Source: Lama guanicoe (Eukaryota). From it: a DNA stretch of 64,000 nucleotides. Positions 40,133-53,337 of the stretch are shown piece after piece; the first letter of the stretch is position 1, and the number at the start of each line of letters is the position of its first letter. The position numbers and the translations under genes were made by a program. The notes below the pieces were generated by a model. That model was given only the letters and a program-made list of their open reading frames with translations. It searched no databases and was not told the origin of the DNA. The DNA is taken from the NCBI GenBank assembly GCA_013239625.1, contig MU054187.1:2551757-2615756 (forward strand), given 5' to 3'.

Positions 40133-41363
40133 CTGAAGAAACAAGCCCCTCACATGTGGGGGAGACCTGACAAGCTCGGCGTGAGTGCCTTGTGTGGTTT
40201 GGATGAGTTTGAAGCAGCCACCGTGCGGACTGTGTGCTTGGCACACTGTTTATCTTTTAAAAATAGGGCAGTGGTTACACAGCTGAGGCCCTGAGCCTGC
40301 CCAGCTCCCTGTGCGGCTCTGCCGGACCCCGGGCCTGACAGCACTTCCTTCCTGACCCCCAGGGCCTTCCTGCTCTGGCCTTATCGCACAGAAAACTTGA
40401 CACTGCGCTGGAATGCTCTTAAGGTCCATACATGGAAATCTCTTGCTTTCTGCATTTACAAACAAGTGTCATCTACAAAACGCTTGCTTTATTTCCAGAC
40501 TTAGAAACACTTTCTTCAGTCGGTGGGCTTAATACGACTCCAAAGGAGCAAGAAAAAAAAAGCACTTTCCATCACCATCCTTTGTTTCTCCCTGAAATTT
40601 TAATCTCTTGTTTTTGAGCCACAGACATAAATAATAAGTATGGCATATATGTACCTAGTCCAGGAGACAGAGGCTAGGGGGACAGCTCCCCACACGTGGG
40701 GATTATGCGTGTTTTGATTTCCTCCGCTTTGTTACGTCTCCGCCTTAGAGAAGGAGGGGAGTGGTTTGCTTGCGAATGTTGTTACATGAACAAATAAACT
40801 GTATCCTGACATGTCTGGCTTCCCTTGCCAATTTTAAGTGTTTTAGCAGTCACAGCGGTTTTTTGTCTGTTTGTTTCTCATCATCTGAGATCTCCTGATG
40901 TACTTTCTTTATCCTCTAAAATTTCAAGGTGGATATGAGATAATCCTCACGTTGAAAATTAAGATTGGCACAGGGAGCTGTATTCAATACCTTGTAATGG
41001 CCTATAATGAAAAAGAATATGAAAAGGAATATGTATTATGTATGTGTATAACTGAATCACTGTGCTGTCCCCCAGAAATTAACACATTAAAATCCAACTG
41101 TACTTCAATAAAAATTATGTGTAAGAAATATATTATATATAAAAAAGTAAGGTTGGGAATGCCAAGTCCATAAAACAAAACTGATGCTTAACAGGGGACT
41201 GTATTTGATATCTTGTTGTACCCTTTAATGAAAAAGAATATGAAAAAGAATATATGTGTATATATATGTGTGTGACTGGGGCATTATGCTGTATACCAGA
41301 AATGACACACTGTAACGGATTGTACGTCAATTAAAAAAAAAAAGAGAGAGAAACGGGGCTTAC

Positions 41364-41828
41364 AGCCTTTTTTTAAGGCTCTATTTTCAGAGCTATTTAA
41401 TATTGGCGAAGCTAGTGCCACAGAAGGCACTTCAGGAAAACAGTGTGAACAGCTCTCTGCTTTGCAATGTGGTAAAGACAAGCCCTTTTGAAAATAATTT
41501 AAACTTTGGCATGGTGCTGATCTGGAAAATTCAGGGGGTTCAAGGAGAAGAAATGCCGCCTAAAGGAGGTTCCTGGGAGTGTCTTGGCTTTCTCAATTCA
41601 GTGGCTTTTCATGAGCTCATCCGCCTTCCTAAGATATTCCGATCTTTCCCCCTGGGTTGGGGGAATTTCCTCAGATGTGATTAAAGACAGGGCTGGGCTG
41701 TGTCCTCCACAGGCAGAAGAGTTAACGTTGGAAACAGGAGGGCTCTTGGCACCTTTCCCGATTTTATTTCAGAGGAATTCCCGCTTGAAGAACTGCTTCC
41801 ATGATGCAAGGCAGGGGATGGAGGAAGC
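41364..41828 (-). pseudogene. RGS22-like exon remnant (additional RGS module)
   Basis: EKAKTLPGTSFRRHFFSLNP (41535-41594) ~ RKAKSIYIKNKYLNKKYFFGPNSP, with WKQFFK upstream in the same frame and stops between; donor GCT|GTAAGC; weak acceptor. Confidence 0.5.
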
Positions 41829-42309
41829 CTTTTGAAATGTATTTATTTTTTAATTTGATAGTTGAAGAGTGCACCCCCCCATCCTCCTTGGGAAATTACT
41901 TAAGTAAGAGTCAAGGGAAACGGTTTGAAGTCTCTTTTTCAGGATGAGTAAATTAAACAAGTGAGGGATACTGGAAAACACTCATTAAAGGTGCACCACC
42001 GTCTGAGTCATCATTCCCAAGTGAACATGAGTCCGTCATGCGAGGGGCGGGTGGGCCCCTGGTGACGGTGGCCCAGGGCTTTTACTGGTTCCTAAAGAAT
42101 GAGGTAGCTTTAATGAAGCTGCTGCGTGTGACCGTGACCTCCCCTGTGACGTGTCATGAAGGAGGAGACTCACGGAGAGGAATTGGGACCAGCCCGGGGC
42201 TGGAGCCCGAGGACTGGAGCGGGCACGTGGGACCGAAGGGAGGTCGGGAGGGAGCAGGGCCCGGACCATGCAGGGCCTCGGGTCATGGTAAGAGTTGCAT
42301 CTGTCCTAA

Positions 42310-43190
42310 ATTGTGGTAAATCTACGTGACACATAGTTGACCATTCAACACTGGTGAGTGTGCGATTCAGGGGCATTAGGTATGTTCACATTGTTGTGCA
42401 ACCGTCCCCACCATCCACCTCCAGAATGTTCTTCGTCTTGTGAAACTGAAACTCTCACCTCATAGGCACTCACTCTCTTCCCCCTCCCCCAGGCCCCGGC
42501 AGCCACCGCACTCCTTTTTGTCTGTGAGTCTGACGACTCCAGGTCTATGTCATGGAAGTGAGTCCTGCGGTGTTTGTCCTTCTGTGACTGGCTTATGCCC
42601 CTCAGCATGCAGTGTCCTCAGGGTTCGTCTGTGTTGGGGTATGTGCTAGAATCTCCTTCCTTTTTAAAGCTGAATAATACTCCATTTTATGTAGAGACCA
42701 CATTTTGTTTACCCATCATCTGTCGATGGACATTTGGCTCTTGTGAACAGTGTTGCTATGGACAGCATTTCTGTGAAACGCTGTAAAACGGGAGACAAGA
42801 GTGTACAGATACCTGTTTTGAGTCCCTGCTTTCAGTTCTTTTGGGGTTATCCAAAATGGAATTTCTGGATCACATGGTAATTCTGTTTTTAATCCCTTGG
42901 GGTGGGGGAGGTAATTAGGTTTATTTTTTTGATATTATTACTTTTTTAACGGAGGTACTCGGGATTGAACCCAGGACCTCGCGCTTGCTAAGCACGCACT
43001 CTACCATTGAGCTCTACCTTCCCCCACTGTTTTTAATTTTTTGAGAAACTGCAATTCTCTTTTCCACAAGAGCTGCACCCTTTTACATTCCCACCAGAAA
43101 TGAAGAAAGGATCTGGTTGCTCCACATCCTCGCCAACACTTACTATTTTCTGTTTTAGTTTGATAATAGTCATCTTAATGAGTGTGAAGA
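42310..43190 (-). mobile_element. L1MB-type 3' end
   Basis: ttttacattcccaccag...tccacatcctcgccaacactt. Confidence 0.8.
42901..43025 (-). mobile_element. tRNA-derived SINE inserted in an older L1
   Basis: gggattgaacccaggacctc...gagctctaccttcccc flanked by a repeated ctgtttttaat. Confidence 0.85.
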
Positions 43191-43670
43191 AGAGATGGAA
43201 TTCTTAAGTTAGAAGCCATTAAAAATTTTAACAAGGGAGTAACCGAATGTGCTCCTGAGTTATGCATGCTACGTGAGAAACCCGTGATAGTGGACACTTG
43301 CCCAGAGGACTGGGAGAGAGGGAGAGTGACTTCTCACTGAATACCCTTTTATACTTTTTGAAGTTTGCATCATGTGCACTCAAAAATAAATAAGCGTAAT
43401 TTTTAAAATTAGCTTTGCCAACAATGTATTCCAGCGCCCTCGTCTTTCATCTTGTCTTGGGTCAGTAAAAACTCCGTCCTGAGACTGGAACTAGGTTGCG
43501 ATTGGCTTTGAGAACCCCACCTAAAGCGCTTTGCAGCTTCCTACGTGGAATTGCGGTGCCGTGGCCCCTTCCCTCTGGGACGGCGACACACTGCGGAAAC
43601 TGTTAGGTCTTAAGAGAGGAGCTGTTCTTTCCAGGGCTGAAGAAGAGAGTCACGGTTTCGAAAGACTCAC

Positions 43671-44079
43671 CTCTTCCCCTTTTATCTGTCCTTGTTTACC
43701 CTGATGGCAAGGTTCACGTGAGGAAACCTGTCCCCGCGGCACTCTCCTTGCCAGGGAGTCTGTCATGTTGCCGGGGGCCTGAGTGCCTGCGTTTATTAAT
43801 ATGCACTACACATTGTGTTTATTTCTGTTCCATCAAGGTTTTGCCAGATTATGGCCTGTCTGTGCCTGATAGTGGCTGTGTTTGTGCATGAGCACAGGGT
43901 CATCTGATAACAAACTGTCGCATCATGCGATTAAACGATGTTTAAAATGGGTGTCGGCCAGGAGAGTCTGACTCCCAGCTTGCTGTCAGAAGGCCCCGTC
44001 AACAAAAGAAAGTTCAGGGTATCTTGGAAGAGGTCATTGATTACAACCAGCGTCTTGATCGCTCTGGACGTGTTCCTTC
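43671..44079 (-). pseudogene. Candidate exon of the RGS22-like pseudogene
   Basis: Acceptor ttaattgtgtctctgcag| and consensus donor GAG|GTGAGT in non-repetitive sequence between homologous exons. No clear protein match. Confidence 0.3.
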
Positions 44080-44499
44080 CTGCAGAGACACAATTAAAAT
44101 AATGTTGTACAGTAGAAATTTTTCATTGTTGGAGGAAAGACACTCCCCCCACCCCCTGAGGTAAATCAGTGTAAAAATCTGTCTCATTTTCAGGAAGATA
44201 AAAAGGAATACTTTTAGAAATTCACTCAATGAGTTGTAGAGGGCTTGATGCTTTGTTACATGCGTCAGTGCCCAGAAGCTGTTTATCACAACTTTCCCTG
44301 CAGTATCCAAGGCCACATGGGCAGGCTGAGAGCCCCGTGGGGGCTGAGACTCTGTTTCACTACCTTCTGTCTCCCTGGTACAGTTTTGTGGCGCACACTA
44401 AGTGCCTAGGAAATTTCTGTGAGAGGCTGGGTGAGTCGGGCAAGTTAAATCCAGTTACTAGGCAGGAATATTAACTCAAACTCCAACTTTGACTTGTAC

Positions 44500-44755
44500 C
44501 ACTTAGGCTGTATTTTCTGTATTGACACATCTCTCTGCTTGATCAGTGCTATCATCAGCGATATAACTGAATTCGTCTGGGAAGAATCGGGAGACAGTTT
44601 TGTCCCATGGCTGAAGCTCAGAACAATGCCACCCGCATCACTATTGGTTTTCCCAAGAAAAATCCCAAAATTAAAGTTTGTCCTTATTACTTTTTGGCCT
44701 TGGGCTTTTCTCCTCAATACTATGGGCGTATCATCTTGTTTGACGTCCTTTGACA
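44500..44755 (-). pseudogene. Candidate linker exon of the RGS22-like pseudogene
   Basis: Strong acceptor ttcattccttttgcactttttcttaag| followed by an open frame (SKDVKQDDTPIVLRRK...). No recognised homology and a weak donor. Confidence 0.3.
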
Positions 44756-44829
44756 CTTAAGAAAAAGTGCAAAAGGAATGAATTGGTGTTCCTTTCCGTG
44801 AAGTCTGGTAATTTTAGTAATCCTTTGCC

Positions 44830-44960
44830 CTGTGAGATACAAGGCAATTCTGCTTCCTCTGTAGTCTGTTTTTTCTTCCTTTCTTTCAAAATAACCTGCC
44901 GTCTTTCCAAAATAAACATGAAGGGGAAATACATTAGTGGGTATGTAATCACCCAGGTAT
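44830..44960 (-). pseudogene. RGS22-like exon remnant (post-RGS coiled segment)
   Basis: Acceptor ...ctgcag|. ILERRQVILKERKKKQTTEE (44854-44913) ~ VLERRQEYNKQKKKLAVLED. Confidence 0.55.
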
Positions 44961-45395
44961 CTGCAGTGCATGCCTCTGAGAAAACAGTCAAAATAAGAGT
45001 CATCAGAAGTTTATTCTGGTCTTACACAACAAGTCAGTGTTCTTGTCTTTTCTTTATAAGATTTTTAAAAAGAGGCATAGTCACATAAAAAGTTGGCCAG
45101 AGTGAAAATTAAATAGCGATCTGCCTGGAACCTATTGTCTCATAGCCTTCCAAGTCAAAGGTTGTGATCTTGAGTGAACACTGTCAGATTAATTGTTTTA
45201 CAGATCTCCAGCATTCTAGAATTACAGTACCGGTTCCATTTTTAGTCAGTACTTACGAAGCCTCATTTGGATGATCTTATCTGATAACTATGTTAACCGT
45301 ATAATTACCTTCGTTGTGTGTCTTAATCAGAAAATGCATACGTAGTATTCGTTTTTATATACCTTGAATTTATTTATTTGTTTATTTATTTAGGA

Positions 45396-45498
45396 AGGAG
45401 GTAATTAGATTTTTTTTTTAACGGAGATACTGGAGATTGAACCCTGGACCTCATGCATGCTAAGCACGTGCTCTACCATTGAGCTACACCCTCCTCCC
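45396..45498 (-). mobile_element. tRNA-derived SINE
   Basis: gattgaaccctggacctcatgcatgctaagc. Confidence 0.85.
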
Positions 45499-46816
45499 TT
45501 AAAACATGTTTTTTTGCTGGGGGGGGATCCTTGAATTTAAGCATTCTTCTGAGATTCCATTTAGCCCTGCAGAGTCAGTGATATTTAAGAAGCATTCAGA
45601 AAACTGGCTTGCTCAAAGACTTCGTCCAATCCAGTAATTTTACTGCTTTCAATTTATGGTTGAGAAGATACAGTAATCACTCCCCTCCTCCTTCTCTACT
45701 TCATCTGTGTCTTTTCATCATTAACAAATTTTTAACATTTATTCTCAGTGGTGTACAATGGGAACTCACAGTTTTCAGCTGCTGCCCTTAGCTCTCAGAG
45801 CAGGAAGCTGACCTAGGAGTCAACTCCTGATTCATTCTGTGTCGTTACCGTGGCCAGGACAGACTGTCAGAAGCACAGTGTGTATTTGTTAATAAAGATC
45901 CCGCTCTCTTGGAGTCTGTGGTCACTTGCAGGGAGCCAAGCAGAACTGTCTGTGTGCAGCCTAACTCACAGGTGCACAGCCTCCTCCAGTCTGGGGAGGG
46001 AAAGTCTGCCCGATGGCGTCGCCGCGTCGTAGGTTACAGGGTTCACTCCTCTTGGGCAGGTCAGCTGCTTTTGCTGGGACACAGGTTCATGAGGCTGGAG
46101 GATGCTAATTACAGATCACTCTTATCTTGTCACTAAAGTCACAAGGAGGCTTACTTGCCAGCTGAAATCTTTTTAAAAAATTCCTTTTCGTATTCTTTTT
46201 CACTGTAAGCTATTGCAAGGTATTGAATATCGTTCCCTGTGCTGTGCAGTAGGACTTTGTTGTCTGTTTTATATGTGGTAGTTAGTGTCTGCAGATCCCG
46301 AACTCCTGATTGCAAATCCTGAGCTCCCAATTGCAATGGGAATCTTAGAGCCAAAAAAACCAAAATTACAAAAAAATGTTTCAGTTTAGACTGGCTGCAC
46401 CCTCGAATTTCAAATTACCCTGAGAGTAGCGTGTGGAGTACATAAACCTTCCTTTCCCTTTGAATGCTGGTTGATGACAATTCTGCATGCTAACAAGGCC
46501 CTCCGGCCAGGACTCTGGAGGGACAGCCGGTGGCAGTGAGGTCACAGCGACACCCCTGGGTGGGTGAGGAGGGTCAGTGTGGAGGCTGGAGACCATCTTT
46601 CCCGTGCTCTCCATCTGAAATGGACGAGGGCTTGACTGGGGCTAGAGGTGGGGTAGGAGGGACAAATAACCTCTGCCCAGGACTCAGGAACTCCGTGTCA
46701 TTGTATCTTTAAGGTGCTTACAGCAGTGCCTGTCACAGAGTCAGCGCCCGACAGGTTTACTTATGTAAACAGCGGCTATGGTCACTGTTTCCTGTTAGAA
46801 TTGCAAGATTAAAATA

Positions 46817-46940
46817 AAGGGAATAGCTCAGCGGTAGAGCACATGCTTAGCCTGCACGAGGTCCTGGGCTCAAGCCCCAGGACCTCCATAATAAATAAAT
46901 TAACTAACTAACTAAGTGAAACTAATTGCCTCTCACCCCC
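46817..46940 (+). mobile_element. tRNA-derived SINE
   Basis: atagctcagcggtagagcacatgcttagc. Confidence 0.85.
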
Positions 46941-46964
46941 CAAAAAACAACAAAAAATAAAAAT

Positions 46965-48210
46965 AAGCTTCAAGGATATATTATGCAACACAGGGAATAT
47001 AACCAGTGCTTTGTAACTACTAATGGAGTGTAATCTTTAAAAACTGTTAATCACTATTTCATACATCTGTAACATAATATTGTACATCAATTATACCTCA
47101 GTTTTAAAAAATTAAAAAACAAAAAAAAAAACTAAAGAGCAACCTGTTAATAAATTTGAAAACTTAAAAAACAAACCACGTTCATCACCTCACATAGTTA
47201 CCATTTTGTGTGTGTGGTGAAAACACTTAAGATCTACTCCTTTATGCCTGCGCCCCAGCGTTCACAGCAGCACTGTTTCCTACAGCCAAGACGTGGAAGC
47301 AAACTGAGTGTCCATCGACAGATGACTGGATAAAGAAGTTGTGGTATACTGATACTACTCAGCTATAAAAAAAAGTGAAATAATGCCATTTGCAGCAACA
47401 TAGATGGACCTGAAGATTATCATACTGGGTGAAGTAAGTCAGGCAGAGAAAGGTAAATATCATATGATATCACTTATATGTGGAATCTAAAAAAAATGAC
47501 ACAAATGAATTTATTTACAAAACAGAAACAGACTCAGACATAGAAAATAATCCTATAGTTACCAAAGGGGAAAGGAGGGGAGGGATAAATTAGGAGTTTG
47601 TAATTAACAGATACAAACTATTATGTACAGAATAAACAATAAGGTCCTTACTGTACAGCACAGGGAACTATATTCAGTATCTTAAAATAGCCTATAATGG
47701 CAAAGAATCTAAAAAAGAGTAAATATATATATACACACACATATGTAACTGAATCACTTTGCTGTACACCTGAAACTAACACAACATTGTAAATCAACTA
47801 TACTTGAATAAAACTTTTTTTTTAAAGTTCCCTCTGCTGTTATTGTGGTAAATAAATAATGAAAAGAATTGAATGACAAAAAAAGGATCTTCTAACAAAT
47901 TTCAAATATACACTACAGTATTAATAACTCTAGTCACCATACTGTACATTAGATCCACAGAACTTGTCTTATAATCAAAAGTTTGTACCCTTTGACCTGT
48001 AACTCCTTACCCCCCAACCCCTATCCCCAGACCCTGGTAACCACTTTTCTACTCTATGGTTCTATGAGTTCAGCTTCTTTAGAATCCATGTATAAGTGAG
48101 TACTTGTCTTCTGTGTCTGGTTCACGTCACTTAGCGTGATGCCCTCCAGGTTTATCCACGTTGTTGCAAATGGCAGGATTTTCTTCTTTTTTACGGCTGA
48201 ATAATATTCC
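46965..48210. mobile_element. Cluster of L1 3' fragments (plus 46965-47130, plus 47250-47815, minus 47880-48210)
   Basis: Repeated L1 ORF2-end and 3'UTR motifs in both orientations. Confidence 0.8.
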
Positions 48211-48625
48211 GTTGGAGTATTCCAGCACCTGACACTGGGGCGGTGCAAAGCAGGGAGTGGGGAGCTGCAGGGAGTTGCGCACGTGTTTGTGTTTGCGCAT
48301 GCATGTGAGGGGTGTGGGCACAGGATGGCAAGGATGAGCCATGGGGCCTCGGTTTTCCGGGCTGGAGTCCCAAGTCCTTTTTGGTAAAATGTCGGGGCAG
48401 ATACTCCGTTCAAGAAGGGAGCTCTTTTAAGGCGGAGGGCGCACCAGGCTGCTGGTGGCTCACACCGGCCACCTGGGCACAGCAGCATCTTCACTGGCTG
48501 CTTGATGGAGTTGAAGGTGCGGGCAGCCCTCGACTGCGCACTTTTAACAGGAGCACCCTGAAGGCGTGCTTGGGGCTGTGCGGGGCGGGGAGGTGGCCCC
48601 CTCCTCCAGGGTGTGGAGGACCCTT

Positions 48626-49195
48626 CCACGGGGGCAAGAACTGGAGTGTCTCCTGCTGGGTGGCCTCGGCGAACACGGGGCCCCTTCTGCCGCCGCTCTG
48701 CTCAGCCTGGACGCTCTCCCAGAGGCAGCGAGAGGAGGGCATCGCCGTGCTCGGGCCGAAGTCGTCTCCTGGGAACGGCATTATCTGTGTCCTTTCCAGC
48801 ACGTACGCTTTGTAAATAGTCCGGAGTCCCCACTTCCCTGCTTTGTTAGCGTGCGCTGTCGTCAGGGCCTGGAGCCACTTGGCCTTTCTGTCAAAGACAC
48901 TTGTTTATGTGTCGTCTAGAAAGCCGACCGCTGCGGGAGGGAGGCCAGCTAGCCTGGGGAGTGTGTCGGGAGTGCGAGCCAGAGGGTGTCTTGTCTCCCA
49001 CTTTGACTTGCTGGCCTGATGGGAGCTCAGTGGTGTAAAACACAGTCAGTTTTATAAACTGAGTTTCCACAAACAGGGAGATGGGAAACTGCTTCCAGCC
49101 TTCCGGTAAATTGCCATGCTTCTCATTCCTCTGGAAATGATCTTCTAAGCTGTTAGGATTTAAATTCTGTGTTACCCACCTCAGACCAGATACCA
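48626..49195 (-). pseudogene. RGS22-like exon remnant encoding a whole RGS module
   Basis: Acceptor ctctcttttttccccttttttctggcag|. WSEVGNTEFKS/SLED ~ WDNVPAEYKHFKFSD; LRTIYKAYV ~ ITTIINCFI; GPVFAEATQQETLQFLPPW (48626-48682) ~ GPYVFREAQMTIFGVLFKFW. The exon probably extends further 3'. Confidence 0.7.
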
Positions 49196-49605
49196 CTGCC
49201 AGAAAAAAGGGGAAAAAAGAGAGGATAAACATTAAATAAAAAAGGGCTGAACAGGGCTGTCCTCTGCAAGGAGAACAGAATAAAATACCTTCTCTCTTGT
49301 TTATTGTGGTAAATCACACAGAACGTGGAATTCATCATTTCAACCACTTCAAAGTGGCACATGGTAAATTACAATGTTGTGTGACTATCACTGCGTTCTA
49401 GGACATTTCACCACCTTGCCTACCCTCTCCTTTTAAAAAGCTAAGATTCCATCTGCTAATAAAGAAACCAGACAATTTCAATCAGCCGTGATCACAGCAG
49501 TCAGTTCATTAAATATCTATTATATATCGACCATCCTCAAGGCACTGTGGTCTAGCTGGATTCCTTGCTGTGGACCATTATGAAGAGATTTAGAGAAGTG
49601 CTTAC

Positions 49606-49823
49606 TGTATAGTTTTAGATATGAACAGATATGTGGACATTTTTTAAAATTATAGGAGAAATTCTTATGGGGATAAGATATATTTGCCATAATATTTGTG
49701 AAAAGATGGGTAGGTTTTGTTGACTATTTACCATTTTCCTTAGTTGGATGGAAGGTAATTTGACGTGAAGAATATTTTGAAGAAATCTAGTTTTATTGCT
49801 TTTATGTTCAGAGGGCATCTCTG
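49606..49823 (-). pseudogene. RGS22-like exon remnant (RGS C-terminal half)
   Basis: Strong acceptor cttacctccccttttcttttag|CAG; open frame 49615-49818; ISPIILKNVHISVH ~ LDAPVLVEIQKHVQ; possible donor ACA|GTAAGC. Confidence 0.5.
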
Positions 49824-49889
49824 CTAAAAGAAAAGGGGAGGTAAGAATACATTTGATTATTTAACTTAATAAATATCAAGATGTACTAT

Positions 49890-51005
49890 ACATAGTGAAG
49901 TAAGTCAGACAGAGAAAGACAAATACTGTATATTTTCAGTTATCTGTGGAATGTGCAAAGTAAGACAAATGAATAAATAGAACAGAAAAGAAACAGACTC
50001 ATGGATACAGGTAACAGACTGGTGATTACCAGAGGGAGGGTTGAGGGGAGGGGTCAAACTGGTGAAGGGGATTAAGAGGTACAAACTACTAGGTATAAAA
50101 TAAGTTATAAGGATGTATTGTGCAGCACAGAGAATATATTCAATATTTCATACTAATTTTGTATGAAGTGTAATCTATGAAAATATAGAATTACTATGTT
50201 GTATACCTGAAATTAATATAATAATATAAATCTATACTTCAATAAAAATAAAAATAAACAAAAATAAAGATGTAGATAGATGGATAGATACAGATGTACA
50301 ATACTATTGCCTCACACTGGTCAGAATGGCCATCAATAAGAAGTCCACAAGTGATAAATGCTGGAGAGGGTGTAGAGAAAAGGGAGCCCTCCTACACTGC
50401 TGGTGGGAATGCAGTTTGGTGCAGCCACTATGAAAAACAGTGTGGAGATTCCTTAAAAAACTAAAAATAGACGCACCATATGATCCAACAATTGCACTCC
50501 TGGGCATATATCAAGAGAGAACTCTAATTCAAAAAGATACCTACACCCTAGTGTCCATCGCAGCACTGTTTACAGTAGCCAAGACGGAAACAGATGGTTG
50601 GATAAAGAAGCTGTAGTATATATATACACAGTGGAATACTACTCAGTCATAAAAAAGAATAAAAGAATGCCATTTGCTGCAACATGGATGGACCTGGAGA
50701 TCATCATGCTAAGTGAAGTAAGGAAGACAGAGAAAGAAAAATATCATATGATATCACTTATATGTGGAATCTAAGAAAATAGCACAAATGAACTTATTTA
50801 CAAAACAGAAACAGACTCACAGGCATAGAAACAAACTTATGATTACCAGAGGGGAAAGAGGGGGTTGAGGGATAAATTAGGAGTTCAGAATTTGCAGATA
50901 CAAACTACTATATATGAAATAGAGAAAGAAGGTCCCACTGTACAGCACAGAGAACTGTATTCAGTACCTTGGACTAGCCTATAGTGAAAAGGACTATGAA
51001 GAGAA

Positions 51006-51043
<38 letters not shown>

Positions 51044-51145
51044 GTATACACATATATATAATATACATATATATATAACTGAATTACTGTGCTGTACACA
51101 GGAAATTAACACAACATTGTAAATCGACTATACTTCAATAAAAAT
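49890..51145 (+). mobile_element. Two tandem L1 3' ends (49890-50270 and 50305-51145), the second containing (CA)n
   Basis: taaatgctggagagggtgtagagaaaaggg; ggaatactactcag; aataaa tails. Confidence 0.9.
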
Positions 51146-51166
51146 AATGTCCTTTATTACTATTAC

Positions 51167-51837
51167 CCAATAATGAGGAGATACAGAAGCAATGTGGTTA
51201 TCACATCAACGGTTTGACAGCTGAATTTGAACGTGATGATTTTCCAGAAGCTCTTCTTGCTCACTGATGCCACCTTTAAGCAGGCTGCACCTCTCCTTTG
51301 GTTACTTAAAAAAATTTCCCTAGCATATACTCTTAGGGGAAGTGCAAAGTTAAATTTCAGAGAATCTCGACAAATTCCAAGTTATTAGAGCCCCAGAGGT
51401 CACTAATCAGCAAGTGCTCTGTGACTGCTCTCACCAACGGATAGCTTTGTAGCAAAATGATCTCATTTGCTAGAAACCCACAGTTATTTCCTTCTCTGCA
51501 GGCTAGTTACAGAGTTCTAGTTGTAATGTGAGTCACTATTTCTAGCCAAGCGACCCACTAAGGGCATTTGGGTCCATTAAATTCTGGTTTCTGCAGAGTA
51601 CTGGGCATCTGGTATTGGGTGTGCCTTTCAGATGCACCTTGCATCCATCATTGATCGTTTTTACAGGTTACAGATCACCTCTCCACCTTTTGCCTCCATA
51701 TTCTGTTGTTCTGAGTGTTACGATCTTTTCTTCAACTTTGGGTCTCTGCATTTGCCTCTTCCTTTGTTTGTCACTTACAAGGTCTGATGCAGCATCATGT
51801 TTTGTCCAAGGAACTGTGCAACATTTTAGTTATAAAA
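51167..51837 (-). pseudogene. RGS22-like exon remnant(s) (end of second and start of third RGS module)
   Basis: Acceptor tctctatttcag|. Frameshifted FITKML/VPWTKHDAASDL ~ YILLLLLEPWTKMVKSD. An internal donor CTT|GTAAGT at 51779 may end the exon early. Later LEFVEIL*N ~ FKFSDLLNN. 3' end tentative. Confidence 0.55.
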
Positions 51838-52027
51838 CTGAAATAGAGATACCGAGTTATTTCCATGTAACTGAAGCAAATACAAGAATCGACTAAACCA
51901 GGTAATGGATTCAAGAATATTTCTTATTCTGGACAAGCTGAGCTTGAAACTGACTTACTAGACCTGACCCAAGGGGTTTTTTCCTTTTATTCCTCTTTAA
52001 CGCAGGATTTCCAGCTCCAAAAGTTAC

Positions 52028-52229
52028 CTGAACTTTCTTGAGAAAGATCAAGACATAGAATTTTTGTGAAATTCCTGAGAGGTACTTTAAGCAAACCCAG
52101 CACCCAGCCCTGGATGACATGAAGTGTATCTACGATCAGTTGAGGTCTCACTGACCCGATGGAAAACTCCAGATTGATACTGCTTTTGTTGAACAGCCCG
52201 TGATTTCATTCATTTCATTGGCAGTGATT
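52028..52229 (-). pseudogene. RGS22-like exon remnant (second RGS module)
   Basis: Branch point CTAAC (52262-52266), acceptor atttcactcag| and donor CAG|GTAACT. HGLFNKSSINLEF...RPQLIVDT ~ HQLFYQETLQPF...QAQYLFAT. Confidence 0.7.
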
Positions 52230-52479
52230 CTGAGTGAAATTGACGAGGGCCACAGAGCAGAGTTAGTGAACCGAGGGAGATGTCAGTGCGCCCGCCTTGG
52301 CCTCTGCTGTCTGGGTGCCCCCCACCCCCTACTGTTTGCTCTGGCCTCTCCCTTCTAATCCAGCTCCTAAGGCTTCACGCTTGACCTTGACCTTGCTTGA
52401 GCCTCCTGGCCCACAGCCCTGGGAGGGCTCCTGTTCCGCTGGGCATGGCAGACTTTGTTTTCCATGTAGGCACCAAACT

Positions 52480-52583
52480 CACACACCACATACACCACCC
52501 ACAACACACACACCACCCACACACACACCACACACACACACCACACTTCACAATGCACCATACACCACACACACCACACACAC
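52480..52583 (+). repeat. Degenerate CA/CAC-rich simple repeat
   Basis: cacacaccacatacaccacccacaacacacacaccacc... Confidence 0.9.
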
Positions 52584-52759
52584 ATGATGTCTCAGATGCA
52601 GCACCCACAAAAGCCCTTTCTTAAGTTTTACACCGGATGGACTCTTACACCCCATAACCTTTCTAAGCAGTTGTTGTTCTGCCCGTGGTCTACCTCCCTG
52701 CCCCTAATAAAACAGCCGTCCAGCTCGGTCCCGGCGCATCGGCACAGGGCCCCTTTCTG

Positions 52760-53040
52760 GCCCCAGAGCTGAGGAGACCCAGCCTTAGGGCTTCTGCTGG
52801 GGCTATTGAGAGGAACGCACCCTCCCCTTTCCAGCTGGGTTTGGAGCTGTGAGTCGTAATCCTGAGTAGCTGGAAGCCACGAGGGGGGTGTCTCTTTGAG
52901 AGAGGAGCCAACACAGAGACCAGGACAGTGACATCCCTGCCAGGGCCCCTCCCTCACTTCCCACATGTCACCCTGAAGCTTCATCTTCGCTCAGATCAGT
53001 TTCAGTTGGATTTCTGTTACTTGCAGCCTAATAAGTTCGG
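52760..53040 (+). mobile_element. MLT1K/L-type MaLR LTR remnant
   Basis: 3' end cagtttcagttggatttctgttacttgcagcc. Confidence 0.6.
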
Positions 53041-53337
53041 GATAGTCGGTGATTTTTAGAGAAAATTAGTTATCCTTCTGAGTTTGAGTCCACAGAATTT
53101 CTCCAGGACTGACATATTAACTTGTGTGTTTAGTCAGTATCTTTTTTCCACCAGTAAAATTTATATTTACAAGCTACATGGCATATGGATACATACCCAG
53201 AATGGAATTGCTGGATCACATGGTGGTTCTGTGTTTAACTTTTTGAGGAACCACCATAATGTCTTCCATAGCGACCACACCATTTTACATTTCTTCCTTC
53301 ATTAGTCTTGTGTAAAATATGCATCAGCAGAACATAC

